From Heterodontus francisci (Eukaryota): 64,000 nucleotides of DNA. Where the stretch lies: NCBI RefSeq assembly GCF_036365525.1, contig NC_090397.1, forward strand, positions 51,884,318 through 51,948,317, read 5' to 3'. Position 1 is the stretch's first letter, and every line of letters begins with the position of its first letter. The position numbers and the translations under genes are program-made. The notes under the pieces are model-generated. The model was not told the DNA's origin and searched no databases. It saw only the letters and a list, made by a program, of their open reading frames with translations. Shown piece after piece: positions 40,838-52,162 of the stretch.

Positions 40838-40987
40838 CTTAATGATGTTGAGCAGTTCATGCCTGTCAATGCAGCCATTGCCATCCACGTCATAAAGCTT
40901 GAAGTACCAGCGCAGTTTCTGTTCCATTTTACCGCGGAGGACTAAGCTAAGGGCAGCCACGTATTCCATGAAGTCAATGTATCCATC
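40838..40987 (-). CDS. GUCA1A: GCAP1-type exon 2
   Basis: cag / [50 protein letters not shown] / gtaag; EF2 and EF3. Confidence 0.97.
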
Positions 40988-41889
40988 CTGCGACCAGCAA
41001 ACAGAAAGTGGTCAGATGTACTGCCAAAGCTCAGGGGAGGTTTCTTCCAGAATTGGCCTTTGTTGGGTGAGGGGGTATACCTTCAGAGCCCTCCTGAAGA
41101 CCCCAGAAATGCCAGTGTTCAATGTTTGGTCATGGGGGTGGTGGTGGATTGTTTGTGGATGGGGGTAGTTGCCAGGACCCCTCCCTACCATGTAGGTGGC
41201 CTGTTTTGGGGCAGATTGAGGCTGTGCCCCCCCAAAAAAGGCCACTGAACCTGCTGTGTAAGACCAAGCACTGTTGTATCTGAATCCCATTGGAGTTTGT
41301 GAATGCTCCTAAAATCAGAGGCTGCTTAATTCAGCCTTGTGACACTTTCCAAATATTATTCCCCAGTACTGCCTCACCTCTATCCACCGACTTCAATGTA
41401 CAACTACACATCCATCCAACAGTATTTTACTTTGGTTTCTAAATGATTTTGAGTTTTTAACTGCACCTCACTTTGTAGAGTTGATCCTTACAGAACGACA
41501 AAGATCCTAGGATCGATCCCTACTCTGTGCTGAGCTAACTGGCTTCATGAACCCTGTAGCAGAGAAGAGACATTCATCAGGCTCCTTCAGGCCCCTATCC
41601 CATATCTGGTGCCCTGCACTGTAAGCCATAATCTAAAACTTTGTGTCCTGCAGTGACCTTTGACTCTGTACTTGGTGCTCTATATTGTGGACTTTTCCTC
41701 TTTATCTGGATTTCTCAGTAAAAACAAGATAAGTAAGATCGATACATCAATGTTCTTGGAACTAGTTTTCACTGAGATGAAACTATCTACACGCTATAGT
41801 CCATGGGTTATTTTTGCAGTGAAAGTTCTAAAGAAATCTTGTTAAATTGTGATTTGTAACTCTTTCTGCTCAGTGTCCTATCCACATCA

Positions 41890-42627
41890 TTGCTTAGTGC
41901 AGCTTGCAACCTTGGTATCATATTTGACCCCGAGATGAGCTTCCAACCACATATCCGTGCCATCACTAAGACCACCTATTTCCACCTCCATAACATCACC
42001 CAATTTCGCCCCACCTCTGCTCATCTGTTACAGAAACCTGGCTGGCCTCCCTCATTCTACCCTCCACAAACATGAGGTCATCTAAAACTCTGCTGCCCAT
42101 GCCCTGACTTGCACCAAGTCCCGTTCACCCATCCCACCTTGTGCTCGCTGACCTACATTGGCTTTTGATCAAGTAATGCTTCGATTTTAAAATTCTCATT
42201 GTTGTTTTCAAATCGCCCAAAGCCTCCTCCCTTCCTATCTTTGTAATCTCCTCCAGTCCCACAACCCTTCGAGATATCTCATTCTGGCCTCTTGAGCATT
42301 CCCAATTTTAATTACTTCTCCTTTGTGGCTGTGCCTTCAGCTGCATAAGCCCTAAGCTTTGCAATTCCCTAAACCTCTTCCACTCTCTATCTTCCTTTAA
42401 GACACTCTTTAAACCTACCTCCTTGACCAAGCTTTTTTGGCCATCTGCCTAATATTGTCAGTGCTACATACCTCCTGTTACCTCTCCATAATTAATCTCA
42501 CAATGCCAGGCATCTGTCTAATATTGTCTTATGTCGCTCGGTGTCTAATTTCACTTTATAATGCTCCTGTGAAGCACCTTGGGACATTTTATAATGTTAA
42601 AGGCGCTATAAATATAAGTTGTTGTTG
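41890..42627 (+). mobile_element. L2 LINE 3' fragment in GCAP intron 1
   Basis: NLGIIFDPEMSFQPHIRAITKTTYFHLHNI; tail ggcgctataaatataagttgttgttg. Confidence 0.75.
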
Positions 42628-43358
42628 TAATTTACAAGGAGTTCAGAGAGAAATTTTGAAATATGTTGACTGTGACATGAATGCAGAGACAGTAACAATA
42701 TATGTAGTAGTATAGTGCATTCGCACACTGATAAATAGGTGCGAATCCACCATTACAATTCCACACATGGTGAACGTCTGGTCTGTGCATAATTTAATTA
42801 CACCCCATCTCACTACACAAATCACTGTCTTTTATTGGGTCTCCCAGTGCTACGTACCTCCTGTTGCCTCTCCATAATTAATCTCACAATGCCAGGCATC
42901 TGTCTTAATGCCCCATCTGCAACCTACCACAGTGAACCTCTCTCCATTACACATCTCACTACCAATATCAGTGAGCCCCTCTCTATATTCATCGTATCAT
43001 GCCTCTAATAGCCAGTTCACCACACCCCTCTCCATCATCTGCCTCACTACATCCCTTTCTACCACATATCTCACCGCATTCCTCTCCATCATCAATTTCA
43101 CCTCATCCCTCTCCATCACCCATTCCTTGGCATCAACCATTTCACTGTACCCATCTCCATTACCCATCTCAGCACATCCCTCCCCATCACTCATCTCACT
43201 TAGCCCATTACGCATCTCACCTCACCTCTCTCCATCATCTATCTCACCGCACCTTTTTCTGTTACCTACCTCATTGCACCCCACCCCATTACCAACTTCT
43301 TAACACCTCTTTTCATTAGAGAAAGTTATTAAAATGATTTGATTTTCCCTTTCCTTAC

Positions 43359-43556
43359 CTTATTCATATCAAAAGTCTTAAACATCTGTTCAATGTAGGC
43401 ATTGGCTTCCTGGTTCAATCCCTTAAGACCAAAGAACTGTTTGAACTCATGTAGTGTCAGCTGTCCTGATGGGCACTCAGTCATGAACTTCTTGTACCAG
43501 TGGTGGAGCTCCACAGCCTGCAAGTCGTCCACAGTGGTGCCGTGTGTGTTTCCCAT
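43359..43556 (-). CDS. GUCA1A: GCAP1-type guanylate cyclase-activating protein exon 1 (188 aa over four exons)
   Basis: [49 protein letters not shown] / gtaagg; Gly2 myristoylation site, CPSG non-binding EF1; exact paralogue uncertain. Confidence 0.97.
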
Positions 43557-43648
43557 TACATCTGTTGCTGCTAAGCTGAGGTTCTCCACGAGCACACACT
43601 CTTGGAAACACTGAGGTATGTTTGTCTCTCCTCTGAGCATCTGAGCCA

Positions 43649-43822
43649 ATTTAAATGAGGGCTAAGCCCAGCTCTGGTCAATCAGCTGCTTTAATCTCCC
43701 CTGATATGGATTTAAGATCTCAAGATATTTATAAAAAGATACTGTCTAACCAGGAGGCAGACCTGGATTATTGTTGAGGTACAGTTACTTCAGGGCATAC
43801 TGCAATCATCACTAATCAGCTG
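43649..43822 (-). promoter_or_regulatory. Photoreceptor-type proximal promoter
   Basis: TATA-like ATTTAAAT 43649-56; K50 homeodomain sites TAAGCC 43663, TAATCT 43692, GGATTA 43765, TAATCA 43813; E-boxes CAGCTG 43683 and 43817. Confidence 0.7.
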
Positions 43823-43980
43823 CACTTACCTGACAGCTCACTCTGACTTTCACATGCACTCTTTCCCTCCAGCATTCTCTCTTTGTCCCTTTCATTCCCT
43901 TTTCTTCTTCTTAGACCAGTCAAGTCTCACTCACTTGAACTGACCCCCATTCATTTTGGTTTAAAAATGTGACCTGCATA

Positions 43981-44513
43981 CTCCCTGTAATATCAAGAAA
44001 CGGCTGAAGCACTGGATACAGCAAAGGCTATGGGCTCCAATACCCGATAACATCTCAACTGTAATGCTGAAGACCTGTGCTCCAGAACTATCTGCGTCTC
44101 GAGCCAAACTGTTCCAGTACAGATACTACAATGGCATCTATCCAACAATGTAGAAAATTGCCCGGGTATGACCTGTCCACAAAATCCGAGTCAATCCAAT
44201 CTGGTCAATTACCATCCCATTCATGCCACATAAGTGCTAGGCAATGGCCATCTCCAATAAGGGGGAATCTAACCTTTTTCCCTTGATGTTCAATGTATTA
44301 CCATAATCAAATTCCCCACCAACATCCTGAGAATCACCATTAATCATAAACTTAACTAGACCAGCCACAGAAATATATGAAAAGGAAGAATGTGCAGGGT
44401 TTCGGGGAGAAGGTGGGGGAATGGAACTGAGTGAATTGTTCTTTCAGAGAGCCGGTGTAGACACGATGGGCTGAATGGCCTCCTTCTGCACTGTAACAAT
44501 TCTGTGATTCTGT
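43981..44513 (+). mobile_element. Chimeric LINE fragment plus CR1 3' tail; inverted paralogue of 58663-59185
   Basis: Shares the same internal deletion and the same LINE/CR1-tail junction. Confidence 0.7.
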
Positions 44514-46573
44514 AGATCTACCACAATCTTAAATATCAATATTGCTCTATGTGTTTAAGTGAGTGTGTGAGCTCTCTTTGGAAAGATACACTTGGAACTA
44601 GATGAGCCACCAGAGCAGGCTTGATAATCCAGTACTTGGCCCAGGTGAATCTGTAATACTCCAGGCTCCTTTGGATGGTTGACCAGCCAGCTTGGCTCAT
44701 TAACGAGTTCTAGTGGGTGAACTCAATAGTTGGGGCAGATCCTGCTCACTTTGTTCTGAATAACCTTGCAAACCAATGCCAAAACATTGAAGGTGATCCC
44801 AGCTCGATAAGCAGCTGGAAGGCTATCAGTGCTTGGTGGGAACATTTTGTTCTTTACAAAGTGAAATCTCGCTCTTGCCCTTTCCTTGATGCTGGTGGTC
44901 TCTTTGCTCTTGTCCCTCACTCTGCTCTTCTCTCCCTTACAGGTGAGATGCTAGCTGTAAAATAATTGTCCATAGCTATCCATGCATGAATACCAATGGG
45001 GGTTACTTGCAGTCAGGTGGTGGGCATTAATTGGGGACTCATTTGTGCTCATTTATAGTGGAGCAAGCTGAAAGTGTGGTTGCTGGTTGGAGATGCATGA
45101 CATGCAATGTGTGTCTCTGTAAATAAAAGCTTGTAAGTCATAGAGTCATATATGACATGGAAGGAGGCCATTTGGCCCATCGAGTCCATGTCAGTTCTCC
45201 ATAGATCTATCCAGTCAGTCCAAATATGCTCCAGTGTTCTAACCTTCACCACCTGGCTATCAGTTGTGACATCGTGATGCAATGATGGGAGATCTTTAAA
45301 CAAGCTTTAGTCACCCCTCCTAACATGTTATTTGTTGGCTCAGTGTCATTTTTTGGTTACAGTTCTGTGAAGAACCTTGGGATATTTTGCTAGGTTAAAG
45401 GCGCTATAGAAATGTAAGTTGTTGTTGGTAACACCACACACAGTCTGCGAACACATGATAAAGGAGAGGAAAATACCAGCCTGTTCTTTCTTTGCATGAT
45501 GTACCTTTCAAGAGACCATCACCCCCATTCCTGCCCCCACCCCCTGCACCCAACAATGGGGAGAGAGGCAAAATAACTCAGGTCAATTTTGGAAAATGTT
45601 CCTGTCCAACCCACGAGGGCTATCAAGCAAACTCCAGGGGATCATGGAGACTAATCACACTAGCACCCAGTGGCCCACTTTTATGTTTACTGGAAAGGGA
45701 ATACATTTTTGGCATTTTCTGCCATAGTTTTGATTACCAATTGCAGCTGAAGGGACACACAGAGAACCTGTCTCTAGCCTTCAATCAATACTCCTCTAAA
45801 AGTAGCCACCTGGCGGTTAGCAAAAATTCTAGGGCGACATTGCTATTGTAGATTTATCACTGGGACGAATGACATAGACACCTATTAAAATACATGTGCC
45901 TTGAATCTCCATAGGGTTGTCTCCATCTCCCACAGCAACTTCAATCAAATCCTGGAGAAATGGAACAATGGCTAAAGTTGGCAGTCCATGCTGTTTATCC
46001 AGGAGTTCCACCAATGTTCCGCTGACTATTTAACTGTCCCTTCAGTAGCTACAATTAACTCTTCTCTTACCTCCTCATTGTCCATTTCTCCTCCCCCTCC
46101 CACCCAGTAACATCCTGAGATATTTCTACATTGTTAAAGGTTCAGCACATGGGTAAGTTGTCTATCATTCTGAAAAATATATCAGAGAGGAGAATTATTG
46201 CTAGGTCTATCGATCTCCTGCCATAATTTCAGCAGGAGATTGGGGGAACATCTGGATAAACAGCACAGACGGCCAATTTTAGCCATTTGCACCATTTCTC
46301 CAGTGATTCTGCTAATCTCCGCCTGTACACCCTGCTTAGTTTAGTACTGTTAGATTAGCCTTTTGGAGATTATTAATAGCAATTGGATAAACTAGACTAT
46401 GCCAGGTGGATGTTACAGACAATCAGACACTGAACGATCAGCTATAAATGAAAACGCAGTCACCCTCGGTCAATGTACAATCTCTTGTAAATGGGAGTTA
46501 AACTCAGCTAATCCGTTACATAGCAAGATTGGAAATTCCAAAACCTTGAATTAGGAGCGTAATTCCCAACTCA

Positions 46574-48720
46574 TTTTATTTATTTAGAGATACAGCACTG
46601 AAACAGGCCTTTTGGCCCACCAAGTCTGTGCTGACCAACAACTACCCATTTATACTTCTTTGGGCCTCCTTATCTCGAGAGACAATGGATACGCGCCTGG
46701 AGGTGGTCAGTGGTTTGTGAAGCAGCGCCTGGAGTGGCTATAAAGGCCAATTCTGGAGTGACAGGCTCTTCCACAGGTGCTGCAGAGAAATTTGTTTGTT
46801 GGGGCTGTTGCACAGTTGGCTCTCCCCTTGCGCCTCTGTCTTTTTTCCTGCCAACTACTAAGTCTCTTCGACTCGCCACAATTTAGCCCTGTCTTTATGG
46901 CTGCCCGCCAGCTCTGGCGAATGCTGGCAACTGACTCCCACGACTTGTGATCAATGTCACACGATTTCATGTCACGTTTGCAGACGTCTTTATAACGGAG
47001 ACATGGACGGCCGGTGGGTCTGATACCAGTGGCGAGCTCGCTGTACAATGTGTCTTTGGGGATCCTGCCATCTTCCATGCGGCTCACATGGCCAAGCCAT
47101 CTCAAGCGCCGCTGACTCAGTAGTGTGTATAAGCTGGGGGTGTTGGCCGCTTCAAGGACTTCTGTGTTGGAGATATAGTCCTGCCACCTGATGCCAAGTA
47201 TTCTCCGAAGGCAGCGAAGATGGAATGAATTGAGACGTCGCTCTTGGCTGGCATACGTTGTCCAGGCCTCGCTGCCGTAGAGCAAGGTACTGAGGACACA
47301 GGCCTGATACACTCGGACTTTTGTGTTCCGTGTCAGTGCGCCATTTTCCCACACTCTCTTGGCCAGTCTGGACATAGCAGTGGAAGCCTTACCCATGCGC
47401 TTGTTGATTTCTGCATCTAGAGACAGGTTACTGGTGATAGTTGAGCCTAGGTAGGTGAACTCTTGAACCACTTCCAGAGCGTGGTCGCCAATATTGATGG
47501 ATGGAGCATTTCTGACATCCTGCCCCATGATGTTCGTTTTCTTGAGGCTGATGGTTAGGCCAAATTCATTGCAGGCAGATGCAAACCTGTCGATGAGACT
47601 CTGCAGGCATTCTTCAGTGTGAGATGTTAAAGCAGCATCGTCAGCAAAGAGGAGTTCTCTGATGAGGACTTTCCGTACTTTGGACTTCGCTCTTAGACGG
47701 GCAAGGTTGAACAACCTGCCCCCTGATCTTGTGTGGAGGAAAATTCCTTCTTCAGAGGATTTGAACGCATGTGAAAGCAGCAGGGAGAAGAAAATCCCAA
47801 AAAGTGTGGGTGCGAGAACACAGCCCTGTTTCACACCACTCAGGATAGGAAAGGGCTCTGATGAGGAGCCACCATGTTGAATTGTGCCTTTCATATTGTC
47901 ATGGAATGAGGTGATGATACTTAGTAGCTTTGGTGGACATCCGATCTTTTCTAGTAGTCTGAAGAGACCACGTCTGCTGACGAGGTCAAAGGCTTTGGTG
48001 AGATCAATGAAAGCAATGTAGAGGGGCATCTGTTGTTCACGGCATTTCTCCTGTATCTGACGAAGGGAGAACAGCATGTCAATAGTCGATCTCTCTGCAC
48101 GAAAGCCACACTGTGCCTCAGGGTAGATGCGCTCGGCCAGCTTCTGGAGCCTGTTCAGAGCGACTCGAGCAAAGACTTTCCCCACTATGCTGAGCAGGGA
48201 GATTCCACGGTAGTTGTTGCAGTCACCGCGGTCACCTTTGTTTTTATAGAGGGTGATGATGTTGGCATCGCGCATGTCCTGGGGTACTGCTCCCTCGTCC
48301 CAGCACAGGCATAGCAGTTCATGTAGTGCTGAGAGTATAGCAGGCTTGGCACTCTTGATTATTTCAGGGGTAATGCTGTCCTTCCCAGGGGCTTTTCCGC
48401 TGGCTAGGGAATCAATGGCATCACTGAGTTCCGATTTGGTTGGCTGTATGTCCATTTATACTAATCATACATTAATCCCATATTCCCTACTACATCCCCA
48501 CCATTCTCCTACCACCTACCTACACTAGGGGCAATTTACAATGGCCAATTTACCTATCAACCTGCAAGTCTTTGGCTGTGGGAAGAAACCGGAGCACCTG
48601 GCAGAAACCCACACGGTCACAGGGAGAACTTGCAAACTCCGCACAGGCAGTACCTAGAACTGAACCCAGGTCACTGGAGCTGTGAGGCTGTGGTGCTGAC
48701 CACTGCACCACTGTGTCCCC
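46574..48720 (-). mobile_element. V-SINE split by RTE insertion (46574-46656 and 48452-48720)
   Basis: SINE tail left and head right; CCATTTATACT repeated at both junctions. Confidence 0.9.
46657..48451 (-). mobile_element. 5'-truncated RTE-clade LINE with uninterrupted ~580-aa RT ORF
   Basis: NYRGISLLS, QCGFR, FIDLTKAFD, GVKQGCVLAP, LFADD, C-terminal CxxC..H..C; 11-bp TSD at 46646-56 and 48452-62. Confidence 0.97.
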
Positions 48721-49419
48721 TGGGATTTGGGCCAATGAACTATTTACCCAGATTATGTTGGTCAATTGTCACTCCAAAATACTTTCTCCCCCAAAGACAA
48801 ACCCATTCTTTCCTCGATCTAAAATTGCTGATCCCCACAATCGACTTGATTGCTCAACCCATACCCTCTCAAGCGCAATAATAATGTTTCTGTGGTTAGT
48901 TCACCACAGCTTACACAGGTCACCAGATGACTCTGATCAGCAAGTCCTCACTGGTCTTGTACTGATTCCCTATCATCTGAGGTCATCACCGAGTGGCTTA
49001 TGGTTTGAGAGCCCCCTCCAGTGATGGAAATCAAGTGTAGAGCTTAGTGTTCAGTCATTTCCCATGGGAAATGATCCCATAGGTATCTCCTATGGATACA
49101 CCACTGTTTCAGAGTGACACAATGAATATTGACCCCTGTCTGTGGCGAAGTCTGATTCTATCTGTGACTGTGAACTCACTCTCTGTTAAGAATGTAAAGA
49201 TGCATGGAATGAAGAAATTTCATTCCACCCATCAAATCCATTCCTTCCACTGACCATGTAGAATCTACTGTATAGAGGTTTCTACACAACCAATTTCATC
49301 TACCCAGGAAGAGTTTAACAGAGTTGCTTCCTGCCCCTTTTGAAATACATTAAGATAATCCTCTGAATATCTGTCAATTCCTACACTCTAAATGGTACAT
49401 TCTCGGAATGATTAAAAAA

Positions 49420-49830
49420 AAGACTTGCATTCATATAACACCTTTCACGACCACTGGATATCCTAAAGCTCTTTACAGCCAATGAAGTACCTTTGAAGTG
49501 TAGTCACTGTTGTAATGCAATAAATATGGCAGCCAATTTGCAAACAGCAAGCTTGCACAAACAGCAATGTGATAATCTGTTTTAATAATGGAGATTAACG
49601 GATAAATATTGGCCAGGACAGTGGGGATAACTCCCTTGCTCTTCTTCAAAATAATGCCATGGGATCTTTCACATCCTCCTGAGAGGGCAGACAGTATAAC
49701 ATCTCATCCTAAACATACCGCCTCCACAGTGCAGCACTCCCTCACCACTGCACTGAAGTATCAGCTTTGATTTTGGAGCTCAAGTCCTCGAATGGGACTT
49801 GAATCTACAACCTTCTGATTCAGAGGCTCC
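49420..49830 (-). mobile_element. DeuSINE (SacSINE1-like)
   Basis: Deu core and tRNA-like head in reverse (..gggacttgaatctacaaccttctgattcagagg). Confidence 0.6.
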
Positions 49831-49894
49831 CAGGTGACAGCAGCTCAGAGCACTGCATTATCTCTGTCTGCATTTGAAAACTTCATTTTTGCCT

Positions 49895-50075
49895 CGACCT
49901 GCACCTGGAACCTTCTGCCCTACCTCAATTTAGATCTAGAACCTTCCATTCTACCTTGATCTTGATCGGGAACCTTCTACTCTTCCTCAATCTGCACCTG
50001 GAACCTTCTGCTCTTCCTCAATCTGCACCTGGAACTTTCCGCTCTTCCTCAATCTGCCTTTGGAACTTCCCATCC
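49895..50075. repeat. Short ~31-bp tandem repeat (tgcacctggaaccttctgctcttcctcaatc)
   Basis: About 5-6 degenerate units. Confidence 0.6.
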
Positions 50076-50488
50076 TATCTCTTTCACACTGTCTTTCACT
50101 CTTTGGCAGTCTTTCTATCGCAAACTGTGATGACCAGTACTTATTTCTTCTCTCGACCTCAAACTCTTAGCCTCTTTTACAGACAGGTCCTGTTTTCATC
50201 ATTCTCACTGTGTCACATTCACATTTGCACTTCACACTGCTTCATTCTTTGTCTTTCTTAGTCTTTAATTTAGTCTGTCTCAATGTCAGTGTCTCTTTGA
50301 AGGAAAACATTCCACCCTTCATGCTATTGCTATATGCCCACACCTGTTGTATTTCTCTTTATCCAGTGTTAAGAAGATTGTCAATAGTTTGCCATTAGGT
50401 GCCTTTGTGTCATTGTTCTTTTCCCAAAATGTACTAACATTTCTCTGCATTTAACTGCATCTGATTCCTCTTTGTCCATTCTGCCAAT

Positions 50489-52126
50489 TATTACGAGTGC
50501 TGCCATTTTTTTGTTAAATTTTTGAGATTTTGTGTTCAAACTGAAAAAGAGTCCATGGATGTTTTTTTAAAAGATGTCACCAGAAGGTTTCCTGGACATG
50601 GCTTGTAAACAAGTGTTACGACTAGGTGAGAAAGAGGTCTAGGGTTCCCTTTCAGCCTTCACCTGGTCTTACTGTAACAGGGTTTAATTTTAAACACACC
50701 GTGTTTTCAGCTCCCTCTTGGTGAATCCTTGTTCACCGCTTTCCAATTATAAGGCAAAGAAACCAACACAAACAGGCTTTCTTCGGTTTAAAGAAGAAAA
50801 GTTGAAATTTATTAAACTTAAACTCTAATTCAGTTGACGCTGACAGATACACGACGTGCCATCGCTAGCACGCATATGCGATACACACATGCAAATAGAG
50901 ACAGAACAGAGCAGAAGAAAAATAAAGTGGAAAAGTTTGAGGCAATATCTGAAGAGTTTCTGTTATGGTTATTTGAGCTCACTGTAGAGTCCTTGATTGT
51001 AGGTGGATCTTGCTTTTTGTTGGGGCCCAGTATTCTTCTTAAAACTTGTTCGCTGTAGGAGACTTTTCTCTCTTGGGGTTCATGTGTCTTCAGTGGATTC
51101 AGAGGCTTGTGAGAAAGAGATGGAGCAGATAGGAGAGATCTTCTCAGTCCAGGAGCAACCAGACACTCTTCCAGTTCAAACTGTTTGTACAATTCAGAAA
51201 ACCCTAGGTTGCCAAGCAGGTTAGTCATGTGACTAACTGGTCTGACCACATCTTGGATTGTATCACCTTAGCAGTCTCTGGAATGCTCCTCTTACACACG
51301 ATACCTGGTGATCAAAAGTCCATTATGGGTTGAATGTGTCAGGGAATGGTCCTTTGCCCTTCCAATCACCATCTGTTAATATGCAAATATCTTTTCCAGC
51401 CACAGCTGATCTGTTTAATAAGTCATTTCTTCACTCCAGTAACAGTTTAAAATCAATGTTCATGACAAAATTAATGTGCCTCATTCTTGGCAGGTGGGGG
51501 CCTAGCATGACACAAACCCTTATTGAAAGGCACTTGTTTGCAGATAATTACCTAGTTTGTTTTTTGACTTGGAGAAGATGTTTACAGAGAAGTGACAGGT
51601 CAGGAATTATAGGGGTCAGGAGGCTTGATTCTTGTGACATTATTTTGGTTCCCTTTGGACAGTGAGTTGGAATGTGAACTGTTTGGAAGACAGTTGTTTT
51701 TTTCCTGGCAAGGAAACCCAGCTCTTGTCTTTCTCTCTCTGAAAGAAACCCTAAATATTCAGTAGGTCAGTCTCCTCTTTCCTCCTGTATTTGAAGAAAC
51801 CCTGCATATCGAATGTGTGGGAACTGAAACCACTGTTGCCGCATTTCTGCTGTAAAGCCTATCTGAAGCCTCTGTAGCTGCATTTCTTGGAAAGTCTACC
51901 CAAACTGATCATCAACATCGCATGAAAAGAACTGTTCTAGGAAGATCTGAGTGATAGCCGTCTGTATGCATTTGGGACGCCAAACCAAAACAAAGGACAT
52001 CTTCCCATACCTTCTCTTTTTTTCTTCAAGAATGAGCAACGATTCAGTCTAAGTAGTCTTTTTGTCTGTTTTGTTTTAGTAACAGAACTCTAAAACAAAA
52101 ATTCCTTTTATTTTTCCAGTTAACTG

Positions 52127-52162
<36 letters not shown>

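Noticed and set aside
42908-43319. Ser/Pro/His-rich ORFs next to GCAP exon 1
   Set aside because: Low-complexity CT-rich intronic repeat
43557-43649. In-frame N-terminal extension of GCAP (ATG at 43640)
   Set aside because: The ATG lies ~10 nt from the TATA-like box, likely upstream of the transcription start, and would mask the Gly2 myristoylation site
46707-48455. 582-aa RT ORF as a domesticated gene or novel RT system
   Set aside because: Ordinary 5'-truncated RTE with TSD; its ATG overlaps the insertion junction and there is no endonuclease
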